DNA of 64,000 nt, taken from the NCBI GenBank assembly GCA_965213625.1, contig CBDBZU010000004.1, positions 2,240,001 through 2,304,000 of the forward strand, written 5' to 3'. Shown piece after piece: positions 30,663 to 41,627 of the stretch. The notes beneath the pieces are model-generated. The model saw only the letters and a program-made list of their open reading frames with translations, was not told the origin of the DNA and did not search any database. Each line of letters begins with the position of its first letter. Within the stretch, counting starts at the first letter, position 1. Source of the DNA: a bacterium (GTDB lineage: Bacteria; UBA8248). A program made the position numbers and the translations under genes.

Positions 30663-32159
30663 ATGGTCGTGAGTGAGAAAAACGCCTCATTTGAGGAATT
30701 AACGCAGGCATTGACCGGAGAGAGAGGTACGGGAGATTTCTCCGCGCTAATTACCGGCGTGGCCTACGATTCGCGCATTGTCCAGCCGGGCGACGTATTC
30801 GTTGCGGTCGCTGGTTTCCAGGTCGACGGGCACGACTTCGTCAAAGACGCGGTCGAGAGAGGTGCCGCCGCCCTCGTCGTGGAGAGGCGAATAGAGGGCG
30901 TCCCCCCCGAGGTGCCCCAGTTTATCGCGCCTTCCGGACGCGAGGTCTTATCCCGCATCGGCGATGCGTTCTATGGGCATCCCTCGGGAGATCTGGCGCT
31001 CATCGGCGTCACGGGCACCAACGGCAAGACGACTACCGCGTTTCTTATCGACGCGATTCTCCGCTCATCGGGCAGGCGCACCGGCTTGATGGGGACGATT
31101 CATTACCGTGTGGGCGATGAGGTGTTCGAGGAGCCGCGCACCACATCGGAAGGCCCCGACGTTCAGCGGTATCTACGCAGGATGGTGGACGCAGGCGCTT
31201 CTCATGCCGTGATGGAAGTGTCGAGTCACGGACTGTCCCTGGACAGACTGCTCGGTTGTGAATTTCAGGCGGCGGTTTTTACGAATCTCACCCAGGACCA
31301 TCTCGATTTTCATGGCGACATGGAATCTTATTTTCAGGCGAAATTAAAGCTGTTCAGAGAGTTTTCGCCCGCAAACTCCATCGTCAACGTCGATGACGCC
31401 TTCGGGAAAAGAATCGCTGCGGAAGTGCGGGGAGATGTCTGGACGTACGCCCTGGACACCGGGGCGGACCTCGGCGTGGAGGACCTCTCGAACTCATCAG
31501 CAGGCATGTGTTTTCAGATGCTGACGCCCGCCGGAGCGGTGAGGGTCGAAACGGCGCTCATCGGCCACCACAACCTGAGCAACATCCTGGCCGCATCGGC
31601 GGCGTGCCTCTCCCAGGGTTTGACGCCCGATGAAGTGGCGGCGGGGGTCGCGTCTTTGGAGAACATCCCCGGACGTTTCGAGAAGGTCGACATGGGCCAG
31701 CCCTTCCTGGTGGTGGTGGATTACGCGCACACCGAGGACGCCCTCGCCCGCGTGCTGGAGTTCGCCCGGCCCGTCACGGAGAAGAGAATTCTTACCCTCA
31801 TGGGATGCGGGGGCGACAGGGACATAAAAAAACGTCCCCTCATGGCCGCCGCCGCCCTGCGGGCGAGCGACTACGTGGTGATGACGTCCGACAATCCGCG
31901 CACCGAAGACCCTGCGTCGATCCTGAGAGAAGTCGAATCCGGCGCCGCTCTCGCTTCCGGGAGCGATGGTCGCTGGCGCAGCATTCTGGACAGGCGCGAG
32001 GCGATTCGGGCCATCGTCGCCGAGGCGCGTAAGGGTGACACCGTGGTCATCGCGGGCAAGGGGCACGAGACGTATCAGATACTGGGGACCGAGCGCACCG
32101 CTTTTGATGATCGTAAAGAGGCCCGTACGGCGCTGCGCCTCGCGGGATATGAGAAATGA
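30663..32159 (+). CDS. murE: UDP-MurNAc-tripeptide synthetase
   Basis: GTNGKTT, MEVSSH, DYAHT, DNPR (meso-DAP type), AGKGHE. Confidence 0.96.
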   Translation: MVVSEKNASFEELTQALTGERGTGDFSALITGVAYDSRIVQPGDVFVAVAGFQVDGHDFVKDAVERGAAALVVERRIEGVPPEVPQFIAPSGREVLSRIGDAFYGHPSGDLALIGVTGTNGKTTTAFLIDAILRSSGRRTGLMGTIHYRVGDEVFEEPRTTSEGPDVQRYLRRMVDAGASHAVMEVSSHGLSLDRLLGCEFQAAVFTNLTQDHLDFHGDMESYFQAKLKLFREFSPANSIVNVDDAFGKRIAAEVRGDVWTYALDTGADLGVEDLSNSSAGMCFQMLTPAGAVRVETALIGHHNLSNILAASAACLSQGLTPDEVAAGVASLENIPGRFEKVDMGQPFLVVVDYAHTEDALARVLEFARPVTEKRILTLMGCGGDRDIKKRPLMAAAALRASDYVVMTSDNPRTEDPASILREVESGAALASGSDGRWRSILDRREAIRAIVAEARKGDTVVIAGKGHETYQILGTERTAFDDRKEARTALRLAGYEK

Positions 32160-33571
32160 TAGGGGCGGAATCGATGGCGGCAGTTTTCAGCGCAAGTGAG
32201 ATCGTGGATGCGATGGGGGGGAAACTCATCCGCGGGGACGGCTCGGCCCACGCCGCTGGAGCAAGCACGGATACGCGCACGCTGGAAGCGGGTGAGCTGT
32301 TCATCGCCTTGAAGGGTCCCAATTACGATGGGGCGCAGTTCCTCGCCCAGGCGGTAGAGAAAAAGGCGGCGGGCGTCGTCGTGGAGAAAGACGCGGATGT
32401 ACCGGATGGCGGTGAGGTTTTCGTCGTCGAGGTCTCTGACACGCTGAGGGCCTTGGGCGATCTGGCCAGCGCGCACCGTAACTGCTTCGACATCCCCGTG
32501 GTGGGAGTGACCGGCAGCAACGGGAAGACGACGACGAAGGAGATGCTCGCGGCGCTGCTCTCTGTCAGGGGCGAGACGTGCAGGAGCCAGGGGAACCTGA
32601 ACAACCTGGTGGGTCTGCCGCACCAGGTTCTCCGGTTGGGTGAGGAACACGTATACGCCGTCTTCGAGATGGGAATGAGCGAGGCGGGTGAAATCAGAAG
32701 GCTCGCCGAAATCGCCCGGCCCCAGGTCGCCGTCATCACGAACGTAGGGCCTGCGCACATCGAGGGTTTGGGCAGCGTGGAGGCGGTGCGCGATGCGAAG
32801 GGCGAAATACTGGAAGCCATGCCCCCGGGCGGCGTTGCCGTGCTCTCGAACGAAGACTCTCACAGCCGTGTTCTGGCCGGGAGATATGAGTCGACGGGCG
32901 GGCGCGTGATTCGTTTTGGTTTTTCGCAGGAAAGCGACTTCTGGGCGGATGAGGTACGCATCTCCGCAGATGGCGCGCCCTTTACGCTCTGCTGCCCGGA
33001 AGGCGAGAGGGAGATTCGGCTGAAGGCGCTCGGGCGGCATAACGTCCTGAACGCGCTGGCCGCAGCGGCGTGCGCGTCTGTGCTGGGGGTCGGTCTGGAT
33101 GAGGTGGCTGACGGGCTCTCGCGGGCCGTACTGCCGAAGATGCGATTCCAGGCGCGCGAGATACCCGGACGCAGGGGCGTCCACCTGCTGGATGATTCCT
33201 ACAACGCGAATCCCGCCTCCGTTTCCCAGGCGCTGGAGACAGCACGCGTTCTCAGTGGAGACGGGCGGTTTATATCTGTTCTCGGGGATATGGCGGAGCT
33301 GGGACCGGTCGCCGAGAGCGCGCACCGCGAAGTGGGCCGGCAAATGGCTGCTTGCGGCGTGGACCTGTTCGTGGGCGTGGGGCCGCTGATGAGGTTCGCA
33401 TCCGAGGAGGCGCGCCGCGCAGGTATGGATGGTGCCCGAGTCATGAATTTCGACACGCCGGAGCAGGCCGCTGCCTCACTGGGCGAAAAGCTCCTCTCCG
33501 GTGACTGGGTTTTGGTGAAGGGGTCGCGCTCGATGATGATGGAGCGCGTCATTGAAGGACTCGAATTCTGA
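32156..33571 (+). CDS. murF: UDP-MurNAc-tripeptide D-Ala-D-Ala ligase
   Basis: TGSNGKTTTK, EMGM, DSYNANP, KGSR. Confidence 0.96.
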   Translation: MIGAESMAAVFSASEIVDAMGGKLIRGDGSAHAAGASTDTRTLEAGELFIALKGPNYDGAQFLAQAVEKKAAGVVVEKDADVPDGGEVFVVEVSDTLRALGDLASAHRNCFDIPVVGVTGSNGKTTTKEMLAALLSVRGETCRSQGNLNNLVGLPHQVLRLGEEHVYAVFEMGMSEAGEIRRLAEIARPQVAVITNVGPAHIEGLGSVEAVRDAKGEILEAMPPGGVAVLSNEDSHSRVLAGRYESTGGRVIRFGFSQESDFWADEVRISADGAPFTLCCPEGEREIRLKALGRHNVLNALAAAACASVLGVGLDEVADGLSRAVLPKMRFQAREIPGRRGVHLLDDSYNANPASVSQALETARVLSGDGRFISVLGDMAELGPVAESAHREVGRQMAACGVDLFVGVGPLMRFASEEARRAGMDGARVMNFDTPEQAAASLGEKLLSGDWVLVKGSRSMMMERVIEGLEF

Positions 33572-34656
33572 TGCTTTATTCCGCTTTCATTTCGATGAGT
33601 GAGACGATTTCGGCGCTCAACGTGTTCCGTTTCATCACGTTCAGGACGGCGATGGCGGTGCTCACGGCCCTCGTCATGTCGTTGTTGTTGGGGCCTCTCC
33701 TCATACGTTATCTGCAGAAACGTCAAATCGGCGAAGTCATCCGCGACGATGGCCCCCAGACCCACTTGGCGAAAAAAGGAACGCCGACGATGGGTGGGCT
33801 TCTCATCCTCTTGTGCGTGGCCGTGCCGGTTCTGCTCTGGAACGAACTCACAAACGGCTACATCTGGCTCGCTCTGTTCGTTCTGCTTGCCTTCGGCATC
33901 CTGGGATTCTGGGACGATTACAAGAAAGTGATGCGCAACGATAAAAACGGCGTAAGACCCTCCATGAAGTTTCTGGCCCAGGGAATCATCGGCCTGGCCG
34001 TGGGATATGCCCTGTATAGCGGAATCACGGGAGCGGATTTCAAACCCGTCGTCATGCTGCCTTTTTTCAAGAACGTGCAACCCGACATCGGGATATGGTT
34101 TGTTCCCTACGCCGCTCTCGTCATCGTTTCGACGAGCAACGCCGTGAATCTCACGGATGGCCTCGATGGCCTCGCCATCGGCCCGCTGCTGATAGCGGCG
34201 GGAGCGTATCTCGTTTTCAGCTATGTCTCGGGACATGCAGGCATTTCGAAGTATTTGCTGATTCTCCATGTTCGGGGCGCGGGAGAGCTGGCCATCGTCT
34301 GCGGCGCCATGTTCGGCGCGGGGCTTGGTTTCTTGTGGTTCAACGCATATCCGGCGCAGGTGTTCATGGGCGATGTGGGCGCGCTCTCGCTGGGCGCTCT
34401 GCTGGCCACGATAGCGCTTTCGATCAAGCAGGAACTCCTCTTGTTTCTGGTGGGCGGTTTGTTCGTCATCGAGACGCTTTCGGTCATCGTGCAGGTGGTT
34501 TCATTCAAGCTCACCGGTCGGCGCGTGTTCCGCATGGCGCCCTTGCACCATCACTACGAGGAGGAGGGTTGGTCCGAACCCAAGGTGACGGTCCGTTTCT
34601 GGATAGTGGCGGTCGTTTTGGCCCTGATGAGTTTGGCGACGCTCAAGCTGAGATGA
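33571..34656 (+). CDS. mraY: Phospho-MurNAc-pentapeptide transferase
   Basis: KKGTPTMGG, NAVNLTDGLDG, FMGD.G, MAPLHHH. Confidence 0.98.
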   Translation: MLYSAFISMSETISALNVFRFITFRTAMAVLTALVMSLLLGPLLIRYLQKRQIGEVIRDDGPQTHLAKKGTPTMGGLLILLCVAVPVLLWNELTNGYIWLALFVLLAFGILGFWDDYKKVMRNDKNGVRPSMKFLAQGIIGLAVGYALYSGITGADFKPVVMLPFFKNVQPDIGIWFVPYAALVIVSTSNAVNLTDGLDGLAIGPLLIAAGAYLVFSYVSGHAGISKYLLILHVRGAGELAIVCGAMFGAGLGFLWFNAYPAQVFMGDVGALSLGALLATIALSIKQELLLFLVGGLFVIETLSVIVQVVSFKLTGRRVFRMAPLHHHYEEEGWSEPKVTVRFWIVAVVLALMSLATLKLR

Positions 34657-36050
34657 GGAATCTTGTTTTGGACAACAAGGCCACGGCGTGGATAGAAGCG
34701 CTGCCTGCGCGGCGAGCGCTCGTCATGGGAATGGCGAGGAGCGGAATAGCCGCGGCGGGGGCGCTGGCGCGCATGGGAGCGGATGTGGTGGCCACGGATT
34801 TGGCGGAAATCCCGGGTCTGGAAGAAAGCCTGCCATCGGGCGTGGTTCTCGAACTCGGAGGCCATAGCGAGGCGCGTTTCGAAGCGTGCGACCTGCTTGT
34901 GGTGAGTCCGGGAATTCCGGCAACGAATCGCTACATTGCACTGGCGAAGGCGTCGGGCGCCGAAGTGATCGGCGAGGTGGAACTCGCCTGCCGACTTTGC
35001 GCAGCGCCTATCGCCGCCGTCACCGGAACGAATGGCAAAACGACGGTCACCACGATGCTCGGAAGAATTCTGGAGGAAAGCGGACTTCACGCTCCAGTAG
35101 GCGGAAATATCGGAAAAGCGCTTGTGGAGGTGGTGGAAGCCGAAGGCGATGAGGCGGATTTCATCGTCGGCGAAGTGAGCAGCTTTCAACTCGAATGGGC
35201 GCCGACGATCAAGCCGAAAGTCGGCGTGATGACCAACGTGACACCCGACCATCTGGATAGGCATCCGGATATCGATGAATACGCAGCCCTCAAGGCGAGG
35301 CTGTTCGCCAACCAGGGGGAGGGAGACGCCAAGATTCTCAATGCCGAGGATCCCGTGACGGCGCGGTATATGACCCCAGGCCCGCAGAGCGTCCTGGCGT
35401 TCAGCCGAAAGGGTCGAGTGCGCCGGGGCGCTTATGTCGAAAATGGCGATGTAATATTGGCCGGTGATTACTGTGCCACCCGCGTTTGTGGTACGGACGA
35501 ACTTTTTGTCCCCGGCCTTCATAATCTGGAAAATTTTCTGGCGGCATGCGCGGCGGCTCATTTTCTGGGGGCGGACACCGAGGCGATGGCGCGCGTGGCG
35601 CGCAGCTTCAAGGGCCTGCCCCACCGCATGGAGGTCGTTGGCGAAATCGGGGACGTTCACTGGGTGAACGATTCGAAGGGAACGAACGTGGGCGCCACGG
35701 CGATGAGCCTCGAAAGTGTAGCGGGGGATGTGATTCTCATTGCCGGAGGCGTGGACAAAGGGAGCGACCTCGCGCCCTTGCGCGACGTGGTGGAGAAGAA
35801 GGTCCGGCGCCTGATTCTCATTGGCGAGGCGGCGGAGCGCTTTGGGCGTTTTTTCGATGGATGCGCGCCGATTGCCTATGCCGAATCGCTGGATGAAGCC
35901 GTGCGCATCGCAAGTGAGGAGGCGCGTGAGGGCGATACTGTTCTTCTCTCGCCCGCTTGTTCGAGTTTCGATCAGTTTCGCGATTACGCCCACCGGGGCG
36001 ACGCGTTCCGACAGATGGCGCAGGAACTGACGGGGAGGGATGCGAATTGA
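34653..36050 (+). CDS. murD: UDP-MurNAc-L-Ala D-glutamate ligase
   Basis: GMARSG, SPG, TGTNGKTT, SSFQLE, NDSKGTN, SPACSSFD; true start 34653. Confidence 0.96.
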   Translation: MRNLVLDNKATAWIEALPARRALVMGMARSGIAAAGALARMGADVVATDLAEIPGLEESLPSGVVLELGGHSEARFEACDLLVVSPGIPATNRYIALAKASGAEVIGEVELACRLCAAPIAAVTGTNGKTTVTTMLGRILEESGLHAPVGGNIGKALVEVVEAEGDEADFIVGEVSSFQLEWAPTIKPKVGVMTNVTPDHLDRHPDIDEYAALKARLFANQGEGDAKILNAEDPVTARYMTPGPQSVLAFSRKGRVRRGAYVENGDVILAGDYCATRVCGTDELFVPGLHNLENFLAACAAAHFLGADTEAMARVARSFKGLPHRMEVVGEIGDVHWVNDSKGTNVGATAMSLESVAGDVILIAGGVDKGSDLAPLRDVVEKKVRRLILIGEAAERFGRFFDGCAPIAYAESLDEAVRIASEEAREGDTVLLSPACSSFDQFRDYAHRGDAFRQMAQELTGRDAN

Positions 36051-37234
36051 TCCACAAGCGTATCGACCCCGTCATCTTTTTCGTCTCGCTGGGGCTGGTG
36101 GCTTTCGGCGTCGTCATGGTGTTCAGCGCGAGCCACATTCTCGCGCTGGACAGGTACGGCGATGCGTTCTACTTCGTGAAACGCCATGTTTTATGGGCCG
36201 TTATCGGGTTCGCCTGCATGCTGGCCATCTCACAAATGGACCCCCAGCACCTCCGCAAGATCGCATATCCCTTAATGATCGCCTTGGTTCTCGCGCTATT
36301 GATGGTGTTCGCACCGGGTATCGGGAAAGAGGCGGGCGGCGCGCGCAGGTGGCTGATGCTGGGTCCTGTTTCCTTCCAGCCGGCCGAAGCCGCAAAAGTA
36401 GGATTGGTGATATTTCTCGCGCACTTCTTGGCGCTCAAGGGCGAGCGCTTGAATCTTTGGATGTACGGATTCCTCCCGCCCGTCGGATTCGCTGGAATCA
36501 TCTTGGGTCTCATGCTGATCCAGCCGGATTTGGGTACGGCCACCCTGACCGCTGCCGTCGTCGGCGTTTTGTTGTACCTGGCGGGTGCGCGGCTGTCTCA
36601 TCTAGGCGTTTGCGCACTGGCGACGGGATTCGTCCTGGCGGGCATGGTGGTCTTCGCACCCTGGCGCATGAAGCGGATTTTCGCTTTCTGGGATCCCTTC
36701 GCCGCGGCGAAAGGAGCGGGCTATCAACTCATTCAGTCTCTGCTGGCCATCGCGAGAGGCGGCCTCCCGGGACTCGGCTTGGGCGAGGGCAAGCAAAAGC
36801 TCTTCTATCTGCCCGAACCTCATACCGATTTCATCTACGCGGTCGTGGGCGAGGAGTTGGGGCTCATCGGCGCTTTGTGCGTCGCGGCGGCGTTCGTGGT
36901 CTTGCTTTGGCGCGGGTTCCAGATAGCCGCGCGCTGCGAAGATTCCTTCAGCGCCCTGTTGGCGGCGGGCGTGACGTTCCTGGTCACGGCCCAAGGGTTT
37001 TTGAACATGGCGGTGGCGACGGGTCTTCTGCCCACAACGGGCATACCGCTGCCCCTGATCAGCCTGGGGGGTTCGTCTCTGGTGTTTACGCTCATTTCTC
37101 TGGGACTGCTGATTTCCATCGAATCGACGCATCACGCTTCCAGGCAGCCCGGGCCGGGGAGCCCGCTCGACGCGGCAATCGGGTGGATTTCGCGCACGCG
37201 CAAGCCGATCACCCGCAGGAGGGCGAACACATGA
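36047..37234 (+). CDS. ftsW: Peptidoglycan polymerase FtsW
   Basis: GARRW, QPAE..K, QPDLGT, LPEPHTDFI, LP.IS.GGSS. Confidence 0.96.
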   Translation: MIHKRIDPVIFFVSLGLVAFGVVMVFSASHILALDRYGDAFYFVKRHVLWAVIGFACMLAISQMDPQHLRKIAYPLMIALVLALLMVFAPGIGKEAGGARRWLMLGPVSFQPAEAAKVGLVIFLAHFLALKGERLNLWMYGFLPPVGFAGIILGLMLIQPDLGTATLTAAVVGVLLYLAGARLSHLGVCALATGFVLAGMVVFAPWRMKRIFAFWDPFAAAKGAGYQLIQSLLAIARGGLPGLGLGEGKQKLFYLPEPHTDFIYAVVGEELGLIGALCVAAAFVVLLWRGFQIAARCEDSFSALLAAGVTFLVTAQGFLNMAVATGLLPTTGIPLPLISLGGSSLVFTLISLGLLISIESTHHASRQPGPGSPLDAAIGWISRTRKPITRRRANT

Positions 37235-38316
37235 GGCTTCTCGTAGCGGGCGGCGGCACGGGTGGACACCTCTACCCGGGCATTGCGGTGGCGAAAGCCT
37301 GGCTGGCGGACGGGGAGACGAACGATGTTTTGTTCGTGGGCACGGCGCGCGGGATCGAGACCAGGGTGCTGCCGCGTGAGAACCTGCCGTTTCAGGCGAT
37401 TTCCTCCGCCGGCGTGCTGGGACGCTCGATGGCCCAAAGAGCCAAGGCGTTGGCCATGGTGAGCTATGGATTCTGCCAGGCCATGGGGATTATCCGGCGC
37501 TTTCGCCCCCATGTCGTTTTGGGGGTAGGCGGCTATTCGAGCGTTCCCTCGGTCGCAGCGGCGGGCCTTTGGAGAAAGCCGATTGTCCTGATCGAGCAGA
37601 ACGTCGTTCCCGGCGTGGCGAACCGCCTGCTCTCACGTTTCGCATCCAAGGTGGCCGTGGGTCTGCCCGTGCGCGACGCCGGTTTCGCTCGCGGAAAAAT
37701 CGTCGAGACGGGCCTGCCGCTCAGGAGCGAGTTTTCGGAAAATTTCGAGCGCGGAGAGGACTCCTGGAACGGGCCCTTGAAGGTGCTCATATTCGGCGGG
37801 AGCCAGGGAGCGCGGGCTATCAACGAGGCCGTGATGGAGGCGCTGCCCCTCATGGGAGACGCACTCGGAAGAATGCGGTTTGTTCACCAGACGGGAGAGG
37901 CGGATTTCTCCCGCGTGAGTGCGGCTTATCAAGAAGTCGGCGCTCATGCGGACGTGGCGCCTTACCTGTACGACATGGCGGAGCGGTATCGCTGGGCGCA
38001 GGTATGTTTCTCGCGTGCGGGAGCGATGAGTGTGGCGGAATTATCCGCCATGTCGCTTCCCGCCGTGTTGATTCCGCTGCCCAGCGCCACCCACGGACAT
38101 CAGGAGGCGAACGCCCGCTATCTCGCCGAGCGCGAAGCGGCGCGGATGATACTTCAAGAAGACTTGAGCGGCCGGGTTCTGGCGGATATCTGGCTCGAAT
38201 ACGAGGCGGAGCGCGGAAAGCTCGTCTCCATGTCGGAGCGAACGAAAGCCCTGGCCCGCTCGAACGCCTCGGAAGCTGTGGCCGTCTTGTGCCGTCAAGA
38301 GGCGATGGCGGCGTGA
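37231..38316 (+). CDS. murG: Undecaprenyldiphospho-muramoylpentapeptide GlcNAc transferase
   Basis: AGGGTGGHLYPG, EQN..PG..N, GGSQGA, RAGA, HQ..NA; true start 37231. Confidence 0.96.
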   Translation: MRLLVAGGGTGGHLYPGIAVAKAWLADGETNDVLFVGTARGIETRVLPRENLPFQAISSAGVLGRSMAQRAKALAMVSYGFCQAMGIIRRFRPHVVLGVGGYSSVPSVAAAGLWRKPIVLIEQNVVPGVANRLLSRFASKVAVGLPVRDAGFARGKIVETGLPLRSEFSENFERGEDSWNGPLKVLIFGGSQGARAINEAVMEALPLMGDALGRMRFVHQTGEADFSRVSAAYQEVGAHADVAPYLYDMAERYRWAQVCFSRAGAMSVAELSAMSLPAVLIPLPSATHGHQEANARYLAEREAARMILQEDLSGRVLADIWLEYEAERGKLVSMSERTKALARSNASEAVAVLCRQEAMAA

Positions 38317-38335
38317 TGAGGAAAGGAGCCCGAGA

Positions 38336-39766
38336 GTGATAGCGCGACCCTACGCCACACACGCCATGTTCAGGCACTCGAGCCGCGTTCATTTCGTGGG
38401 CATCGGCGGGACGGGCATGTGCGGCATCGCCGAGGTCTTGCTGAACCTGGGCTATGAGATCAGCGGCTCGGACATCGCGAGCAACGAGGCGATATTCAGG
38501 CTCCGCGGCCTGGGCGCGAAGGTGGTTCTGGGACACAGGAAGGAAAACGTGGTGGGAGTGGACGTTTTGGTCTACAGCTCGGCGGTTACGGGCGACAACG
38601 TGGAAGTCGCCGAAGCGCGGCGGCGGAAAATCCCCGTCATCAAGCGCGCGGAAATGTTGTCCGAACTCATGCGTATGAAATACGGCATCGGCGTAGCCGG
38701 GACGCACGGCAAGACGACCACCACGTCGTTCATCGCGGCGGCCCTGGCGGTCGGCGGCCTCGACCCCACGGTCGTCGTGGGAGGACGCATCAACGCCCTG
38801 GGTTCGAACGCGCGAATGGGAGAGGGCGAGTATCTGGTGGCGGAGGCCGATGAGAGCGACGGCACGTTCTTGAGGCTCACGCCCACCATAGCGATCGTGA
38901 CGAACATCGACGAGGAGCATCTCGATTTTTACGAGAATTACGACGCCATCAAGACCGCGTTCTTAGAGTTCGTGAACAAGGTGCCCTTCTACGGTTTTTC
39001 GGTCTTGTGCCTGGATCATCCCGCGATCCAAGAGATCATCCCCCACGTGGAGAAGCAGTTCTTCACCTACGGGTTCGGCACCCAAGCGGATTACGTGGGC
39101 GAGGAGTTTCGCTACGAAAACGGCGAGGCGGTCTTTGGCGTCAAGCGAGGTGGAGAGCGCCTCGGCGAGATTCGCCTCCTCATGCCCGGTCGCCACAACG
39201 CGGACAACGCGCTGGCCGCCGTCGCCGTCTCGATGGAACTCGACGTCTCCTTCGAGGACATCCAAAAAGGACTCCACGAGTTTGACGGCATCGGCCGTCG
39301 CCTGGAGCAGGTCGGTGAAACGTCGGGCGTCACGGTTTTCGATGACTACGGGCACCATCCCCAGGAGATTAAGGTCACGCTCCGCGCCGTTCGCGAGGCA
39401 TGGCCGGAAAACCGCCTGGTGGTGCTGTTTCAGCCGCATCGCTATACGAGAACGCATCATCTCGAAGAAGCCTTCCACACCGCCTTTTACGATGCCGACA
39501 GGGTGCTCGTCGCGCCGATATACGCCGCCGGCGAGCCGTCTATCGAGGGGGTAAGTTCGGAAAAACTCGCCGAGGGCATCAGAGCGCATGGACATAGAAG
39601 CTGTGAGGCGGCAGAGGGATTGGAGGACGCCTCGAATCGCCTGTTCGAGGAGGCGAGGAGCGGCGACATCGTTCTCACGCTGGGTGCGGGCGACGTCTGG
39701 AAGGCGGGCCGGGAGTTGCTCGAAAAACTCGAACGCAGAGACGGCGAATCAGAGGAAGCGGTATGA
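38336..39766 (+). CDS. murC: UDP-MurNAc L-alanine ligase
   Basis: HFVGIGGTGM, GTHGKTTT, EADESD, DDYGHHP, FQPHRYTRT. Confidence 0.97.
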   Translation: MIARPYATHAMFRHSSRVHFVGIGGTGMCGIAEVLLNLGYEISGSDIASNEAIFRLRGLGAKVVLGHRKENVVGVDVLVYSSAVTGDNVEVAEARRRKIPVIKRAEMLSELMRMKYGIGVAGTHGKTTTTSFIAAALAVGGLDPTVVVGGRINALGSNARMGEGEYLVAEADESDGTFLRLTPTIAIVTNIDEEHLDFYENYDAIKTAFLEFVNKVPFYGFSVLCLDHPAIQEIIPHVEKQFFTYGFGTQADYVGEEFRYENGEAVFGVKRGGERLGEIRLLMPGRHNADNALAAVAVSMELDVSFEDIQKGLHEFDGIGRRLEQVGETSGVTVFDDYGHHPQEIKVTLRAVREAWPENRLVVLFQPHRYTRTHHLEEAFHTAFYDADRVLVAPIYAAGEPSIEGVSSEKLAEGIRAHGHRSCEAAEGLEDASNRLFEEARSGDIVLTLGAGDVWKAGRELLEKLERRDGESEEAV

Positions 39767-40716
39767 GCATCGGGTCGGCGGAGGAAGTCATGGCGCTGGA
39801 GATGGCGGAAAAGCTCAAGGGTCTCGATTGCGAGATTCTTTACGATGAGATGCTGGCCGCGTACACCACGTATCAGGTGGGCGGCCCGGCGGACGCCCTC
39901 GCGCTGCCGAAGTCGGAAGATGAACTTGTGGCGTTGATCCAGAGATGCCGGAGCGAGGCGCTGCCGGTAACGTTATTGGGCGGCGGCGCCAATACCCTGG
40001 TGCGCGACGGAGGCGTTCGCGGCGTAGTCATTGCTTTCCCAAAGGCTTTCAGGGGAATCGAAGTGCTCGATGAGAGTACGGAGCGCGTACTGATCGAAGC
40101 ACGCGCGGGAGAGAAGATTCCGGCGCTGGTCCGCTTCGCCGCCGAGCGTGGCTGGGCGGGAACCGAATGTCTGGCGGGTGTTCCCGGCACCGTGGGAGGC
40201 GCGCTGGCTATGAACGCGGGCACCGCCGAATCATACATCGAAGACGCCGTGGAGAGTGTTCGCTGGATGCCTCTGGATGGGGAAGTTCCAGAGTGGCTCC
40301 CCGCGAGGGGCTTGCGTTTCTCGTACCGGCGCGCCGAATTGCCCGCTCCGGGCGTGGTGTTGGCCGTTCGCTTCTCGCTACGGCCGGCGCACGTCGTCAC
40401 ATTGCGGGAGCATTTGAGACGAAGCGCTGTCCAAAGACGGGAGCGTCAGCCCTGGGGTGTGCCTTGCGCCGGGTCCATATTCAAGAATCCACCCGGTGAG
40501 CGAGCAGGCGTGCTCATCGAATCGGCGGGCCTCAAAGGGATGCGCGTCGGTGGCGCGCAGGTGAGCGAGGTGCACGGGAATTTCATGGTGAATCTCGGCG
40601 GGGCCACGGCGGCGGATGTTCTGGCGCTCATCGGCGAGGTGAAAGGAACGATTCTGGAGCAAAAGGGCATCACGTTGGACCTGGAGTTGAACATCATCGG
40701 GGAGGACCCGGCGTGA
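39763..40716 (+). CDS. murB: UDP-N-acetylenolpyruvoylglucosamine reductase
   Basis: GGPA, PGTVGGA..MNAG, FSYR, GSIFKNP, HGNF.VN. Confidence 0.95.
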   Translation: MSIGSAEEVMALEMAEKLKGLDCEILYDEMLAAYTTYQVGGPADALALPKSEDELVALIQRCRSEALPVTLLGGGANTLVRDGGVRGVVIAFPKAFRGIEVLDESTERVLIEARAGEKIPALVRFAAERGWAGTECLAGVPGTVGGALAMNAGTAESYIEDAVESVRWMPLDGEVPEWLPARGLRFSYRRAELPAPGVVLAVRFSLRPAHVVTLREHLRRSAVQRRERQPWGVPCAGSIFKNPPGERAGVLIESAGLKGMRVGGAQVSEVHGNFMVNLGGATAADVLALIGEVKGTILEQKGITLDLELNIIGEDPA

Positions 40717-41627
40717 GGCGTTTATCGTTCAAATTGCGAGGGAAAGCCGAGGGCCGGGAAATTTTTCTGAATCTCGCCCAAACGGCCGAATATCCTGGCA
40801 TCGTCAGGAAAAAAGTCGAGCGAGACGGCAAGAAAAGAGTCAGGCGAAAAGGCAATGAGAGTACAAGTGGACACTGGATATGGCCCGCAATCGGTTTTTT
40901 GGTTTTCGTAGAAGTGCTTCTCCTGGGTGGGCACGCTGTCCACTGGGCGAGAAACACCCGCCATTTCGAGTTGAGCAAGGTGGTTGTGCTGGGACAGCAG
41001 ACGCTTCAGGCCGAGGAAATCAGAAAACTCGTTGGAATCGAGGCGGGGATGAACATATTCGACGCCGATTTGTCGGCCGTTCGCCAGCGCGTGGCATCTC
41101 ATCCGTGGATAAAGCGCGCGAGCGTGCGCATGCGCCCGCCCCATTTCCTTCAGGTCGACATCCTCGAGCGCAAACCCGCAGCACTTATCGTGGGCCGTGA
41201 GACGCTCGTGGTGGATGAAGATGGCGTCGTGCTCGGCAAACCCGTGACGCCGCTCGCTGGATGCCTGCCCATGGTCGAGGGATTCGACTCGCGGCGTTGG
41301 CGTCCGGGCGACGTGGTTCGTGACCCGCGCCTGGCGCGCTCCATAGAGGCAGTTTTTTTCTTCCAGGATTCTCCGGTGATTCGCGGCGAGTGCATTTCCG
41401 TCCGAAATACCGGACCTGGTCAACTCCGGCTTCGCGCCTTGGAGGGAAAAGTGGAACTTATGGTCAGTGAAGAGAGGATGGAGAGTCAGGCCGGTCGGCT
41501 CCGGGCCGTTGCGGATGACGTTCTCCTCCAGGAGAAATTCGGAGCGGGTGGCCTGCAATTCGATCTGAGATTTCCCGGCAGGGTTATCCTTCGGCCGCTC
41601 ACAAAGGATGGAGGGACAACAGGATGA
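40713..41627 (+). CDS. ftsQ: Cell division protein FtsQ/DivIB
   Basis: TM plus POTRA domain (HPWIKRASV), C-terminal DLRF; precedes ftsA. Confidence 0.85.
   Translation: MRRLSFKLRGKAEGREIFLNLAQTAEYPGIVRKKVERDGKKRVRRKGNESTSGHWIWPAIGFLVFVEVLLLGGHAVHWARNTRHFELSKVVVLGQQTLQAEEIRKLVGIEAGMNIFDADLSAVRQRVASHPWIKRASVRMRPPHFLQVDILERKPAALIVGRETLVVDEDGVVLGKPVTPLAGCLPMVEGFDSRRWRPGDVVRDPRLARSIEAVFFFQDSPVIRGECISVRNTGPGQLRLRALEGKVELMVSEERMESQAGRLRAVADDVLLQEKFGAGGLQFDLRFPGRVILRPLTKDGGTTG

Noticed and set aside
34095-38316. Apparent long N-terminal extensions of MurD (651 aa) and MurG (758 aa)
   Set aside because: The extensions overlap mraY and ftsW in other frames; real starts are 34653 and 37231
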